Assembly (NCBI GenBank): GCA_013239625.1
Contig: MU054212.1
Coordinates: forward strand, 7,414,270-7,478,269
Direction of reading: 5' to 3'
From: Lama guanicoe
Taxonomy: Eukaryota
Length of the DNA: 64,000 nt
Shown: positions 1 through 12,665 of the stretch, in pieces
How the letters are laid out: each line of letters opens with the position of its first letter
How positions within the stretch are numbered: position 1 is the first letter of the stretch
Notes under the pieces: model-generated
Seen by the model: only the letters and a program-made list of their open reading frames with translations
Told to the model about the DNA's origin: nothing
The model's database searches: none
Program-made: the position numbers and the translations under genes

Positions 1-1155
1 CCGACTTCCTCGAAAGGTAGAACATTCTGAACTCCCTGCCAAGAGAGCTCCTTCCTGAATAGCAGAGGGCTGGCAAGGCCAAGATAATTTAACTGCTCTG
101 TTCAGATAGAGTCCCAGAGGACGTGTCAAAGTTCAAAGGAGGTTGTTAAGAAAAACAACCCAAGCCAACCAGAATGAACTCAGGGCACCTGGAAAGCCCG
201 AGTGGTATACCAGCAGGCTCAGGAAGAAAGGTCCCAAAATACTAAAGTCTGCTCTTCATTCCATCCCTTCGGCGAGCAGACACAAACACAAAATTCTCAA
301 GGGACCTTAAAAAGTACATAAGCTCCATTTTACTGTAGAGAACAGGCTTTTTAGAGAAGCTGCCGTCAGAAAAGCCTGATCAATACTGAGCTGTAAAACC
401 CAATTACATGTGCTGGCTCGTGCAGGGAAAACACAGGGTCACTCACCTGTCTCTTCAGAACCCTTGCTCTGAGGCTCCCTGACCTACCGAAACCTGCTGG
501 AAGATATGAGGGCTCAGTCAGATAAAACGGAAAGATGCTTCCCTTTATTCTGCAGATAATTCATAGCATTTTCCTTTCAACTGGCAAATGGTTAACAGCA
601 TTTCCAGTCATTAAAATTGACAAATAAGCACCATCTCCCTGAATCTCAGTGCATATGTGTGCAAAAAATTCACAGTCTCAGCTGAATTCTAGGTTATTAT
701 TATGGTATATGTGGTGGAGCTGGAAAAACAATGAACTCGGTGACAAAACTGTGGTCACATTTCAGGCACATGGAGTCTGAGCTTGCTTTCTCTAAACGCA
801 CAACTCCAAATTCTGTTACAACAAAACTTTTAAAATGTGTTTTTTTCTAGCTTAAAAGTAATCCCAGCTTATGTCAAAGAGGGTCTCACTACTTCTGTTC
901 CACATTATTAGCTCTTCTCAGACCCTTAAAATAACTGAAAATTACTTAAAAACTGAGCAGTTTGAATTAAAAGCATTACTCTTTAAGAATCACCATTTAC
1001 ATTTTCATAAGGTTATTCGCTGACCCCACTTATTTCATTGAGGAGTGAATGATATGTACATAATTAAATGCAAGGAGCCTGATGGAATAAACGTAGGAAA
1101 AAAGGTCTTCTGCAACACTGAAACCATCCAAAGGTCAATATAATGGACCTAGAAT

Positions 1156-1350
1156 CAGCACTGGTCAATAGAAAATTCCCTGGTGATGGAAACGTCCTGT
1201 GCTGTTCAATCCCATAGCCACTTGGGCAGTTGAACACACGAACTGTGTCCCAGTGTGACTGAGGAACTGAATTTTACATCTTATTTAACTTTTTCATTGT
1301 CAATGTCAGTAGCCACATATGGCTAGTGGCTATCATACCAGATATCATGG
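1156..1350 (+). mobile_element. MER3-like hAT-Charlie MITE
   Basis: cagcactggtcaatagaa...gatggaaac...gtgactgaggaactgaatttt...agccacatatggctagtggcta resembles the MER3 consensus. Confidence 0.8.
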
Positions 1351-2204
1351 ATCTTGATAAACTTACATTTGAAAGCAATGGAAAATAATCAAAATAAGGA
1401 TACAGATCAGCAGGGATTAGAGTAGGAAAATATCCTGATTAAGTCCTCAAAGGAACACACGTGGGAGAAATGGGCTAAGAATTGGCAGTCCCAGTAAGTT
1501 GGACATAGTGGGAACTTCCTTTGTAGCCAGAGATTTTCCCATCACTGTGTGCTGTAGAATGCTTTGACAGATCACTGAGATATAGTACCTGCGTAATCCC
1601 AATTACACTGCCTTCATTCAGGTCACTCAGTTATCCTTCATGTATGATGTTATTATCACGTGGATTTCCCCATTGTGTAAAGGGGATATAAATGAACCAG
1701 ATGGCATTGCTTAACTTCTGTGAATTACTGGTAGGTTCTACTCTATAAAATCATTATCTATACAGTTTTATAAAATCAATCTTATGCATTTTTCAGCCCA
1801 GAATCACCCAGCAGGTCTCCTGGAACAGAACGGTTTCCTCCCCGCATACCTGCACTTCTTCTTTGCATTTGATTAGTGAGCCACACGTTATTAAAAAGGT
1901 AAGGTAAAAGTAGAAAGTGCACCTTTCCAGTTCCCTCAATAACTATGATAAACATTTCTTTCCTGAATCAGGAGACTTAAACTGAATACATTTTAAAACA
2001 GAATTTATGTGAGGATTTCAAAATATTTGTCTCCAATGTTTGATGTGAAATACTCTTCCAATATTGTGCTCTTCAGAGGATTAAGAGAAAAAGAGAGCAA
2101 ACTTGACATACTCAACTTCAGCTGATTATCCCCATGCTCAATTTTAGATTTAATTAAATTCTCCAAAGAGGCACAATATTTTGTTGGAATGATGTCTTTC
2201 ACTG

Positions 2205-3040
2205 ACTCATTCATTTATCCATTTACTATTTATCGAGCACTAATATAAGCTGGTTACCTACTGACACGGATGACATGATTGTCAAAAAAAAGTCACCTGG
2301 CTTGCTCTCAAGCTATGTACAATCTAGTATAAAAAAGAGCACACAACAGGTTAAAAAAGAGATGTGCTATGGTATCATGGAAACGTACAGGAGGAAAACT
2401 TCATGGGTGGGACAACCAGAAAATAATCGTAAAGAAGGTACTAAATAGCAGGTATGAATCAGGTGCAGGGGAGGGCATTTCCGTACGAGAAAACCCCAGA
2501 AACAGACAATAAGTAGGAGGTTTCGTGGGATGCCTGGATCCAGCAAGCTATCTGGGAGACAACTGGGTATAAAATCTAAAGTTCAAGGCAAAGCATGGGG
2601 GGAGGATTATGTAGCTCTTGGCATATTCTGAAGTTGAAACCAAGAGAGTTCGTGGGCTCTCTTTGAGCAGCATGTAGGACAAGAGGACTAAAGGGACAAG
2701 GGCAGGATGCTAGGAGAATCCCGGCAGGGAAGGGCAAGAGGACAGGGAAAAGGCTCATGAAGGCAGCGGGAGAAGAATTAGCCAGTGACAAGGTGACACA
2801 GAAGCCAAGAGTGGATGTTTCAAAGCTCTAGTCATCCACAGATTCAAAGATATCCAAGGGAAGATAAAGGGCAAAAATAATTTTTTTAGTTTGGTAATAA
2901 GTGGACTCACTGATAGACTTGACCTGACCAGGTCCAGCAAGATGGTGGGGAGAAGCCAGTTACAGCAGATTGAAGAGTAAACAGTAGGTGAGACTGGAGT
3001 ATGGTAGATGAACAGAAGCATGCCTTTGAACTCTTCAGAT
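2205..3040 (-). mobile_element. Degenerate L2 LINE 3' fragments
   Basis: Begins with the reverse-complemented L2 tail (tcattcatttatccatttactatttatcgagcac), followed by purine-rich L2-like body sequence. Boundaries are approximate. Confidence 0.5.
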
Positions 3041-3964
3041 GAGAAGTGATGTTTTACAATATTGATGCCGGGGGACAGCACTAACCACATACAAAGCCAA
3101 CTAGACCACCATGAACCAGGTCTAGTGTGGCGGTGAATCTTATAGCCAAGTTCCCTTAGACGCATAATTACAGGCCCTGATCCAAAGCATCTTAATAGCT
3201 CACAATCCTGAATATTAGTGAGGGGCAAAGAAAATCATGGTTATAAAGATCTGGGCAAACTAGAAATTGCTACACAAATGTTAGTCATTATGATCATTAT
3301 TACTACAATTTGGTCTTGTTAGATCACGATCTATCAGCCCAGTTTATAGGAGAGATGAAAAACAAACTGAAGAGTCTGTCCAGTGGCGTTCACAGAGAGG
3401 AAACATCAATAGTTCACTTATGCATTATGCATATAATTTAGACGCAACAGATCCAGCAGATAAGGACAGCAAAGAATTGCCCTCTTTAGACAGCTCAACA
3501 GGAACTTCCTGACGGAAAGCGTTCCAAAGTCCTATGTAATTGGATGTGACAATAATGGGAGGATTGGCTGCTTGCTTCTCATTTCAGTGGGATAATTTGA
3601 ATAAGTTCTTTATAAAAATTGTAACTGCTGTCAAGTTGATAACACTCCAACTTGAAAATTTGGACTGTTGGATGCAGACCTTTGCCAGCTCTAAACAAAT
3701 GGAGGTTGGCTCACAAAGGATTTGAAGAAGCCCCTTTCCACGCTATGAAGTCTCCAACTTCCAAGCTATTCCTATTGCTACTATATTCAGACTTATGCAG
3801 GAGTTTATAAAACTCTCTGCAACCTTCTTTCACCCAGAGTTTTCAGATTCAGCCAGTCTTTGTTTTAAATCTAAGATAACCCATTCACCTGTTGTCCAAT
3901 ATACATAAATAATTCTCTTTGTGTTTTTTGACTCTGTCAGTAAGTGGTCTATTTTAAAATTCTG

Positions 3965-4230
3965 TTCACTCATTAAGCCAATATGATCAAGCACTTACTA
4001 GATCTCTGGCCTTATTCAGGGGATGTAAGACTAAATAAGACAGAGTTTCTGCTTTCAAGGAAACATCTATTTAGGGAAAAATATTTGAAAACCTATGTCC
4101 CAATTCAATGAGATAAATGCTAGAATAAAGGCACCTGCAGGAGAGTGGTGAGGTGGAGTAAGGTTTCACAGAGGAAGTACCATTTAATGTCTTAAAGAAT
4201 TCTGATGTTTAGACAAAAGGAGGAGAAATA
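3965..4230 (-). mobile_element. L2 LINE 3' fragment
   Basis: tcactcatt...caagcacttacta...aaataagacagagtttctgctttcaagga is typical of the L2 3' end. Confidence 0.55.
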
Positions 4231-4305
4231 TTTTACCTTTTTGATCTGTTAGCTTCTTGAGGTCAGTGATTCTGTCTTATTCACCTTTTTTTCTCTTAAA
4301 GTACC

Positions 4306-4681
4306 TGTTATAGTCAGACTATTTGCATTCCCCTGCCCCTCCTCCCCCCAAATTCATTTGCTGAAACCTAATCTCCAGTGTGATGGTGTTAGATGGTACA
4401 GCATTTGGGAGGGGATTAGGTCATGAGGGTGGAGCCCTCATGAATGGGATTAGTGCCCTAATAAGAGAAAGACGTCAGAGAGATCCCCTACTCCACTGCA
4501 TGAAAGGGACAGTGAAAAGATGGCCGCCTGTGAACCAGGGAGCAGGCTCTCAACAGACAGCAAATCTGCCAGCACCTCAGACTTGGACTTCCCTGCCCCC
4601 AGAACTGTGAGAAATAAATGTGTGGTGTTTAAGCTGCCCAGTCCGTGGTATTTATGTTACAGCAGCCTGAAGAGACTAAAA
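4306..4681 (+). mobile_element. MLT1A-like solo LTR (ERVL-MaLR)
   Basis: TG start; ggattaggtcatgagggtggagccctcatgaatgggattagtgccct and ccagaactgtgagaaataaatg are MLT1A hallmarks; near-perfect 5-bp TSD gtacc/gtact. Confidence 0.9.
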
Positions 4682-5789
4682 GTACTTCTTACAGTGATTT
4701 GAACATGAGAACCCAAAAGTATTTGTTAAATCCAAATGCTGTGAAGATGACCCTTTTCATTCTTCTGCCTTCTCACTCTTTTTGAACAAAGTATAACCTG
4801 CAACATTCATGTCTTATTGCATTAGTTCAAAAGGTTCTACAAATATTCTATCTCCTTCAATCTTGGCCCTCTTATTTATGCTACCAACCTGTGTTATTTC
4901 ATTAATAAAATTCTGATTGTCTTGTCTGCTTTATAAATTAAGTCAGATGTGTGTACCTAATTCAAATTGGTCTCCTGAAAGTGGTTGCTCCCTTCCCCAC
5001 ACTTTTCAGAAAATCTGGACAAAACCTAAAATTCTCAAACTTGGATTAACTGGCATTGTCAACCATCAGCTATGAGGCTGGCATCTCACAGAATGCTAAT
5101 CTGCCACGATGCCTTTTTAGCTCCCGAGATTCATGTATATGGATGTACTTTTCTTTCTCCACAGTTCCAAATCTGCTACAGGGGATGACGATTCTGATGT
5201 CTTAAAAGTGGAAAAAAGTAAGCCAAAGATAATACCATTTTTAAACTTCAGAATGTTTGGGGTTCCCAGAATTTATGAAGAAAAATCCCCAAATAAAGGA
5301 ATTTGCAGGCCTGATCAGTCCAGGTGCCTTTCCACAGGTAAAACAAGCAAAGACTAAAAATCATAACAGCCGTAGCCAATGCCAGTGTTACAGGTAGAAT
5401 GTGGTTTTGAGAAGAAATGTTATTTAAAGCTTCTTTACAACAGGAAATTAACCACTGCCCTTGCTACTGTTACTATAGAGAGAGTGTTCTCAAATGTGAG
5501 TTGGAGAAATTCTCTTTGGTTTAAATCTGAAGCTGCTTTTGCTCAGACTAGTCTCCTTCCCCGCCCCCCATCCTGCCCCAACTCACTCACACTCAGCCCG
5601 AGGCCACTGCTCAGAGAAAGCCCTGTCATTTTCATACACTGCATGCTATACTGGTTATTCTGCCGTTCCCATTTCTTCTCAGCAGTACACAATCTGAATT
5701 GTTCGAAGTTGTTCTCTGCTGGGTCCTTAAGAGGTCTTTATCTCATCATACAAAAAGTCAAAAGATGTATTAACTAAACAGCCAAAAAG

Positions 5790-5905
5790 TCGACCTGTGT
5801 GACCTTGAGCAAGTCACCTAACTTTCCTGGCCTGTTTCTTTCCTTATAGCCTTTAAAAAAAATAAAGAGGTTGCTATCAAATTATTTTTCAGGTCTTTTA
5901 GATTC
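5790..5905 (+). mobile_element. MIR SINE fragment
   Basis: MIR core ctgtgtgaccttgagcaagtcacctaacttt. Confidence 0.65.
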
Positions 5906-6749
5906 TATTCTATGATGCTGAGGTTGGTTTAGGGGAGAATTACAGACAAGGTGGACCTCATCACAGCACAACAGAATTTACCTTCAAATAACAAATTTAC
6001 AAAAACTGGTAAGAAAATCGCTCACTTACAGGGCTGTATAGCTGGAACCTGCACTAGATTTCCCATGTGGCTTTTGAACATCACTGAATACAACTGGGAC
6101 CTGAATACCAGTGTATTGTGATTACATGTGTGTGTGTGTTTGTGTGTGTACCCTGTGGTACATGCTCCAAGGGACAAAATCAGGATGCTATTAGAGTTAT
6201 GACTATGCTTGATCTAGAATAGGAATTGAGAATTTAAAAGATGAGCAATAAATGAGGGATGCAGGGGCAAAAATTGGTCAAAGAAAACTTCAGGTGGGAG
6301 GACCCTGAGCAATGAAGAGCTGGATAGTGTCCTTTTTCTAAGAACAATGAGAGCCCATAAAAGGGTTTTAGATAATGAAGTGATGTGATCAGGTTTTCCT
6401 TTTCTTAAGGGTTACCTTGGTTCCTCTGTGGGGAATGGGTAGAAGGGAAGAGAACTTTGGAAGCCCTGCTCATTAATAATTTATAGCAATATTTTCCCTT
6501 TAATTTCCCTCTCATTTTTTACTCTTGATTGGCAGTTGCTTCAAAGCTCTCTCCTCTCTTTTCCAAAAAACTCTCTAAAAATATTCTCACTGTGTCTTCA
6601 ATCTTTTCCCTCATTGTATATATTATCTTTCCCCTCACGAGTCACTCCCTGCCTTTTTCATGAGAACACGGTGCTTCCTCCAACTTGTTGAATAAATCAA
6701 GTACCAAAATGGGACATCAAATGTGTGGTCCCACAGAATTCTACTCAGA

Positions 6750-6855
6750 AGTGTCCCATGCTTTGTTTAATGCTCTGCTCTCACCATCTTGAAATTCTTA
6801 AATAAGAAGCCCCACCTTTTCACTTGGCAATAGGCTCCTAAAATAACTTAACCCT
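6750..6855 (+). mobile_element. MER91-like hAT-Tip100 MITE fragment
   Basis: tttaatgctctgctctcaccatcttgaaattctta...gccccaccttttcacttggca resembles MER91. Confidence 0.6.
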
Positions 6856-7019
6856 TTACGGAGCAAAGATAAATTATTTTGGCAAACATCTGCTCTGTAT
6901 TCTTCTATATGTCACTTCCATGTCCAAAGCTTTGCCCACCTCCCTTCTTTTCTAGTATCACCATGATAATCTAAGTTACCACAGTCTTTTCTTGATATTA
7001 CATAAATACTTACTATTAG

Positions 7020-8790
7020 GCAAAAGAGACTCTTAAAAAAGTCTCTGGATGTAAAGAGGGATATTTTACAATGATAAAAGCATCAATCTCATGAGGATAT
7101 ATTAATATAAACAATATGTGTACCTAATGACAGAGTGCCAAAATAAATGAAACAGAACTGTCAGAGTTGAAGGCAAGAATAAATGATTCAACAACAGTAG
7201 TTGTAGACCTCAATACCCCTCTTTCAATAATGGATATAAAAACTAGGCAGATGATCAACTGGAATTCAGAAGACTTGAACAACACTATAAACCAACTAGG
7301 CCTAAAACACATTTACAAAATACCCCACTACCAATGGCAGAATGCACATTCTTCTTGGGTACACATGGAACATTCTCCAGGATAGACCATAATCTGGGCC
7401 ATACAACAAGCTTCAATAAACTTGCAAGGACTGAAATTATACAAAGCCATTGACAGAAAGAAATGTGGGAAATTCACAAGTACATGGCAATTAAACAACA
7501 TTCCTAAATAACTGATGGGTCAAAGAAGAAAGGATACAGGAAATCAGAAAATGCTTTGAAGTGAATGAAAGTAAAGGCACAACATACCAAAACTTAATGA
7601 TGCAGCTAAGACAGTGCATAGAAGGCAACTAAATATATAGTTTTAATTGCCTGTATACAAAGGGGAAAAAAAGACTTCAAATAAATGTCAGAAGTTCTCA
7701 GGTTAAGGCCTTAGAAAGTTAAGAGCAAAGAAAACGCAGTGTCAGCCAAATGAAGGAAGTAACACATACGGGCGTAGAAATCAATGGAACAGAGACTACA
7801 AAAGCAATCAGTAAAATGAATGAAACCAAATGCTTGCTCTTTGAAATGATAAGAAAACTGACAAAGCTTTCCCTAGAATCACCAAGAGGAAGGAGAACAC
7901 TCAACCAGAATCAGAAATGACAGCACGGCATCACTCCTGACCTTACAAAAATAAAAAGGATTATGAGGGAGTACTATGAACACTTGTGTCAACAGATTAG
8001 ATAATTCGGTTGAATGGACCGATTCCTTGAACTACACAGACTACCTGACTCAGGAAGAAATAGACAGTGTAAGTAGATCTCTAACAAGTAAAGAGATCGA
8101 TTTAGGAATCAAAACCTCCCAGAAAAGCCCAGGCACAGATAGCATTACTCCTGAGTTCTACCAAACACTTAAAGAATTAATATCACTACTTCACAAACTA
8201 TGCCCCAAAATAGAAAAACATAGAATGATGTCTTAAGGAAAGCATTCCATCCACAGTCGCATCACAAAGGGAAATATTTAGCAAAAAAATTAACAAAAGA
8301 AGTGCAAAATTTGTATTGTCAGTACTACAACACTTGTTGAGAGAAACTTTAAATGATTGAAAAACAGCCCATGTTCTGCTGTTTCCTTAAAATGTTAAAA
8401 CACAGAGCTACCACAAGTGTGAACCAGCAGTTCCACTCCCAGGTATATACCTCAGAACACATATATATGCACAAGCTTTTACATAAATGTTCATAGCAGC
8501 ATTATTCATAGTAACCCCAAAGTGGAAAAAACGAAGTGCCCATGAGTTAGGTTAAACACCTGTTGAACTCCTCAACAAAATACGACGTATCCACAAAATA
8601 GAACATCATTTGGCAATTAGAAAAGTGAAATATTGATACATACCATAACCTAGACGAACCTGGAAACCGTCATGCTAAGTGAGAGAAGCCAGACACAAAA
8701 GACCACGCATGTATGATTCATTCATTTACGTGAAATATCCAAAATAGGAGTTTCTGGAGACCGAAAGTAGGTGAGTGCTTACCGGCTCAC
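7020..8790 (+). mobile_element. Old L1 (L1MB-like): decayed ORF2 endonuclease region with large internal deletions joined to a 3' end
   Basis: ORF remnants INDSTTVVVDLNTPLSIMD...LNNTINQLGL and QEEIDS...KSPGTDSITPEFYQTLKE are L1 ORF2-like. Downstream come ccagcagttccactcccaggtatatac, atgttcatagcagcattattcata and atgctaagtgagagaagccagacacaaaagaccac from the L1 3' end. Confidence 0.9.
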
Positions 8791-8869
8791 CGCACCAATG
8801 AGGGCCTTGCTTCCTGTTACGCGGACTGTCGTTCGCACAGTGGTTTACAAAGCGGCCTCTGATGTCAGA

Positions 8870-9135
8870 ATGCTTGTGTCCAAGTCCTGGCCCCGCCCTT
8901 TATTAAGGAGGGACTTTGGGTTGTCACTCAGTCTCTCTGAGCCTCACAAAATAGGTTTCAGCCGTGTTAGGGGAGGAAAAAAGATGGTACCTAGGCATGA
9001 TTTTTCCAAGTGGGGGCAAGTTTAGTTTTATAAATTTTCCCCCAAAACTGCAGAATAGATCTCATAGGCGGTGTAATAATTAAACGGAGACAACATTGAA
9101 ATATCAGCCTGACTCAGTAAGTGGTAGCTACTGTT
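8870..9135 (+). mobile_element. MIR SINE, interrupted
   Basis: tcactcagtctctctgagcctca ... ctcataggcggtgtaataattaaacggaga ... cagtaagtggtagcta. Confidence 0.5.
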
Positions 9136-9699
9136 ATGCGTTAATGTTAGATTAATTTCATAAATGATTTGTTTTTAAATCTAGAAAGCAAAAATTCACG
9201 TCAATCAAATCTTTAGTGAATATACTTTGTTTCCTCCAAATTGTTTGATTTGATGGTTAAGTTCTGAACTACCTACCAGTTCTTACTTCTTACGTAAAAT
9301 ATTGAAAAAGAAGTGTTCGAGTTTCCAGCTTTCCTAAAAGCGAAAAGAAGGCTTAGCTTTTGTTTATGTTTTCCTTTTCTGGTCTTGGACTTGCTCTTTC
9401 CTGCTGCTTTGCTGTTCAAATAAAAATAAGAGTTGAAAACAGCTGAGAAGGCTCGCTAAGCTGGCTTTTGAAAACCTGAATATACACTTGAAGCTTAATT
9501 TTTTTTCCTGAAATAAACTGCTTTCTTTTTCTCTTCCACTTGAAGCACTGCTCTTTTGAGCTGGAGGGCAAGTAATGTAGACTAAAGCTCAGTGATCTTA
9601 TTCTTACAGTCCTTTTCAAGGCAGACCACAGAGTCCCAGCCTGCCAGCAGAAATACACCTGAATACACTCAGAGTATTTTTCTGATACTCCAAAGGTAA

Positions 9700-11055
9700 G
9701 TGATTTTCTCCAGGATACACTCATTTGATACTAATAATGCAATCCCTTCCAATATATTAAAAGCCCACCAAACCTAATTTGAATTTTCAAATTGGTCTTT
9801 GTTTTCAGGCATTTTCAGCAGAAAAAGATAGGAAACAGGTTTTTCTTGTAAAACAAAACTACACTGAGCTCTCAGTGACACCACCAATTCAAATGCAAGA
9901 TTGTGGAGTTTTTTGCTTAAACTTACTGATTTCACATCTGTATCTACGTTGCCCCCTGCTGAAACTCCCAGCTTTCACTGACACCAACATAATTGCAAAT
10001 TGGCTTTAAACTATATAATACACAGGCAACAGTTCCAAAATAATAATACGATTGCTGAAAATAGTTTAAGGTTTTATCATAAGCTTTCATGCTGTGGAGT
10101 CAAATTATGACTTTTGAGATCACTTGGAAAAGTTCCTCTCTACAGAGCGATGAAAACCACTCATTAAACAGATAAAGTTCGTTTGCATAATTTTTCTTTC
10201 AATATTAGGGATTCTTACAATCAGTTTGTTTCATAATTATGTAAATATGTAAACTTTTCAAAGTTCAATTTATAAAACAAACTATAAGAACCAAGTAAAC
10301 TCAGAGAATTCTGGCTTATCTTCCTTTCTTCATAGTGTTCCTCCCCTATTCCAGTCTCTCTGTCAACTTTTAAAAAATTATATATATATATCCTTCTTTA
10401 ATAAATGTTAGCCTACCCGGAGTATGTAAAGACATTTTGCATTACTTTTTATAGCTTCAAATTACTCTCTTATTTGGATGCACTATAATTGAATCAGCTA
10501 GCCATCTCTTGATGGACATTTTTATTGGTAACATTTTTTTTTGCATTTATAATAACACTGCAACAAGTAGCCCTGTGTATATGTCTTTTGTGTTTTTGCC
10601 AATGTGTCTTTGAGATAAATTCCTAACGAGAGATTCCTCAAGAAATTGCTGGGTCAAATGGTAATCTCATATTTAATTTTGCATCAAGTTAACTGAATTT
10701 TTGCGTTTCTACAAGCAATGCGTGAGAGTACTCCCTTGTCAAAGGAATAATATTTTGTAACTGTTCAGATTTTTGTTAATCTGGCAGAGAGAAACTGCAC
10801 GTCTCTTTTTAGGAGTGGGTGGGTTTGAATGACTTGCCCTGTATTTAAGGGACATTTGCATTGCTTTCTATGATAATTGTGTGTTCATAGTTCTAGCGTT
10901 ATTTTTTCAATATGGAGTTTTGAGTATTTCTTTTCTTTTTAGAAGACTTTCATGTATTGGCCTATTAACTCTTTGTAATATAGATAGCTAATAATTTTTC
11001 AGGTTGTCATTTAATTTTTACTTTATATTTTTATCATGCAAAAGGGGTGTGTGTA

Positions 11056-11086
<31 letters not shown>

Positions 11087-11250
11087 ACTGAAACTTATTT
11101 TTCCCTGGATTTTAAGTATAGTTTAGGAGTTTTTCCTACAACCCAGTTGTAGAAGAAATTCACACATGTATTTTATTCCTAATCTATGTATGGCATTATA
11201 GTACACATTTGGAATTCATTGTGACATATAAGCTCAAGAAATTCCTAAAA
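9700..11250 (-). mobile_element. Ancient L1 (L1MC/L1ME-like) fragments
   Basis: Antisense L1 motifs gatggacattt, gaaattgctgggtcaaatggtaa and gacatttgcattgctttct; highly diverged, boundaries approximate. Confidence 0.5.
11047..11086. repeat. (TG)n microsatellite
   Basis: Directly visible TG run with two TA interruptions. Confidence 0.95.
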
Positions 11251-11803
11251 ATTTACCAAGCATGAGCCAGTACAAGCTGGCTTCAGTGCCCCACTCACTG
11301 CTGGTGGACACGCCGCTGTCACTGACAAACTGCTGGGGGGAGATCCACGCATTATCTCTGTGTGTTGTTTCAGTGTGTATGTTCTTAGGTTTAATGGCTG
11401 TGTATATTTCATCCAGTCAGTTAATTTCCTGGTGCCTCAACTTTTTCAAATTAAAAACTTCTTTAAACACTGAGAAAATATGTCAATTATTTTTTGGCAA
11501 ATAGTACATTATAGCTTCAAGGAAAGAATGTACACCTATTTGATAAAAAAAAAGCTATTTCCCTAGCTGAGATTTTTTGAGTATAAAACAGCAATCATTC
11601 AGTTGCATAACAGTGCTGCTACTTTTAGAAACAGCAACAGAACAGAACGATGTCCTTGTAGGGAGATGGACATGATATACTAAATGGTCTTGTTTTTAGC
11701 AGCTTGGCACTGATGTTTGCTTTTAACACTTTCCTCATCTCATTCTCTCAGGTTTAGAGGATTTATATAAGTGAACACAAAAGACATAATGTGTGATACT
11801 CAC

Positions 11804-11984
11804 CACTACTAGAAGCATCATTCAGATTTAGCAGTCCCCCTCCTAGCCCTCGGTAACTATGGTAACTGTAGGTCCCATTTCCATTGATGTACAACACCTC
11901 CTGCGAGCCTGAAACAGCTGAGGTTGAGTAAGTGCCCTGGGCCGCCTCTGGTTTGCACTGTTTGTCAGCTGGCGCAGACTCGTC
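11804..11984 (-). CDS. NOL4: NOL4 penultimate coding exon, 181 nt, phase 0/1 (DESAPADKQCKPEAAQGTYSTSAVSGSQEVLYINGNGTYSYHSYRGLGGGLLNLNDASSS-G); probably exon 10
   Basis: Acceptor gttgttgtcgttgcag|GAC and donor AGTG|gtgagt; lies within ORF 11763..12137; peptide matches NOL4 as recalled. Confidence 0.95.
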
Positions 11985-12239
11985 CTGCAACGACAACAAC
12001 ACTTCATCACTCATCAAGCCGCCGTGTTGTTTCACCTTGAACAGGATTATCACTGTATTGGTATCTACATGTCTGCATTGAATAAGGAAAAAAAATACCG
12101 TCAACGTTAAGTTGGTGCGTGTGCACATTTTCAACAACTTTGCTAAACACTAAAAAAGGAAAGCAAAGTTACAATGTGACACAGATTGGAGACGGAGCAG
12201 CTGACGATTTCCAGCTGAATTTCAAGTTACATGAAGAGA

Positions 12240-12665
12240 GTTGTTCACGGTAGCCAAGAGAAGGAAGTAACCCAAACGTCTGCTGACAGATGAATAAAGA
12301 CAATGTGGTGGAGAAATAACAAGGCAATATTGTTTAGCCTCAAGAAAAGAAGAAAATCATCTCACAGCCTACAGGGATGAACCTTGAGGACCTAACTCCA
12401 AGTGAAATGAATCAATCACAAAAGACAAATGTTGCATAATTCCCCTTATTTTGGATAAAGTAGTCAAACAGATAGAAACTGAAAGCAGAATGGTGGTTGC
12501 AACGGGCTGGAGGGGTTAAGTGGTGTTCATTGGGTGATTCAGTCGTTCAGGGAAGGGGGCATGGTTTGGGGGCATCTGTGGCACAACAAGGTGCATGTGG
12601 TGACAATATTGGAAATTGCTGCGAGGGTGAATTTTATATTAAAAAATTTTTTAATAAGCTTAAAA
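12240..12665 (+). mobile_element. 5'-truncated L1MB-like 3' end with retained TSD
   Basis: ttgttcacggtagccaagaga...gatgaaccttgaggac...aagtgaaatgaatcaatcacaaaagacaaat; flanked by the direct repeat tacatgaagaga at 12228-12239 and 12668-12679. Confidence 0.85.

Noticed and set aside
2755..3228. 157-aa ORF and the other 60-175 aa ORFs in the track as novel genes
   Set aside because: No recognisable domains, many non-ATG starts, overlap with L1/L2/MaLR debris or microsatellites, and lengths compatible with chance in six frames.
12036..12072. 37-nt microexon using the upstream acceptor and an AAG|gtgaaa donor
   Set aside because: It would leave only a 51-nt intron before the canonical acceptor, below the usual mammalian minimum. 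The alternative-acceptor model is more plausible.
11985..12137. In-frame N-terminal extension of ORF 11763..12137 as an alternative start
   Set aside because: The ORF begins at a non-ATG codon, runs through a pyrimidine tract (FFFL) and has no promoter evidence. It is read-through into intron.
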